DNA from: Candidatus Heimdallarchaeota archaeon
Lineage (GTDB): Archaea > Asgardarchaeota > Heimdallarchaeia > JABLTI01
Length of the DNA: 64,000 nucleotides
Reading direction: 5' to 3'
Assembly (NCBI GenBank): GCA_018238155.1
Contig: JABCTZ010000036.1
Span: 397,241-461,240, forward strand
The notes under the pieces were generated by a model. That model was not told the DNA's origin. It made no database searches and worked only from the letters and a program-made list of their open reading frames with translations. The position numbers and the translations under genes were made by a program. This document shows positions 63,575 to 64,000 of the stretch, one piece after another (the stretch's first letter is position 1; each line of letters starts with the position of its first letter).

Positions 63575-64000
63575 ATGAGTGATTTAGATACTCTCTGGAT
63601 TATTGATTCAAATGGTTTAAGTCTTGTACAACAAGTTTTAGACCCAAATTCAATCCTTAGTGATAGAACAATGTTCTCTGGTTTTATCAGTGCTTTGTTG
63701 ACCTTTTCAGATAGTGTATTCGACGATCAGTTTGAACTCCTCCAAATGGGAAAGCTTTTTGTCCACATTTTATCATTTATGAATGGAAAATTCCTTGTAG
63801 CAATTGCAGCAAAAAAAGATTCAAGTAAAGAATTTGTTCATCAGAAATTAATTGAAGTTGGTGAAGCTTTTGAAGCTGAATATAGTGAATACCTAGAAAA
63901 CCAAACAATTTGCATTGCAGATGAGTTTATACCTTTCACAGATACTTTAGATAAAATCTTTGGTACAAAGACATTGCTAATAATCCCGGAACATGAAGAA
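63575..64000 (+). CDS. Longin-like domain protein (3' truncated by window edge; not in the ORF track)
   Basis: MSDLDTLWIIDSNGLSL...MFSGFISALLTFS...LQMGK...LVAIA...KLIEVGEAFEAEY; frame stays open to the window end; GAGGT RBS. Confidence 0.7.
   Translation, partial: MSDLDTLWIIDSNGLSLVQQVLDPNSILSDRTMFSGFISALLTFSDSVFDDQFELLQMGKLFVHILSFMNGKFLVAIAAKKDSSKEFVHQKLIEVGEAFEAEYSEYLENQTICIADEFIPFTDTLDKIFGTKTLLIIPEHEE

Overview
AT-rich, gene-dense chromosomal window, most likely from an Asgard archaeon of the Heimdallarchaeia type. This is an inference from longin/roadblock-like domains, an RpoM/TFS-like zinc ribbon, an archaeal LPPSA-type HTH protein, a TET/M42 peptidase and GGTG/GGAG ribosome-binding sites. 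The centrepiece (about 4-25.7 kb) is an apparently self-sufficient acyl-chain biosynthesis island. It holds a 3574-aa single-chain Pfa-like synthase (ER0-ER-KS-AT-KS-ACP-ACP-KR-DH-PPTase) whose two ACPs both carry Thr (GIDT) instead of the canonical phosphopantetheine Ser. Around it lie a three-subunit biotin-dependent acyl-CoA carboxylase, a biotin ligase, a Ser hydrolase (candidate thioesterase), a DegV fatty-acid-binding protein and two HTH proteins. A speD-bpsA branched-polyamine pair sits inside the island, and its SpeD has Thr at the pyruvoyl-forming Ser. The rest is housekeeping and accessory genes (nadB, FKBP, M42, GH2, acyl-CoA ligase, ABC/MFS transporters, GNATs, an orphan DNA methyltransferase, surface proteins). 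There is one pseudogene with two probable Trp-to-stop changes, several candidate operators, and a recurring intergenic hairpin carrying AGGAGA. No CRISPR array, rRNA, complete tRNA, integrase or transposase was seen. All calls come from motif reading, with no database searches.
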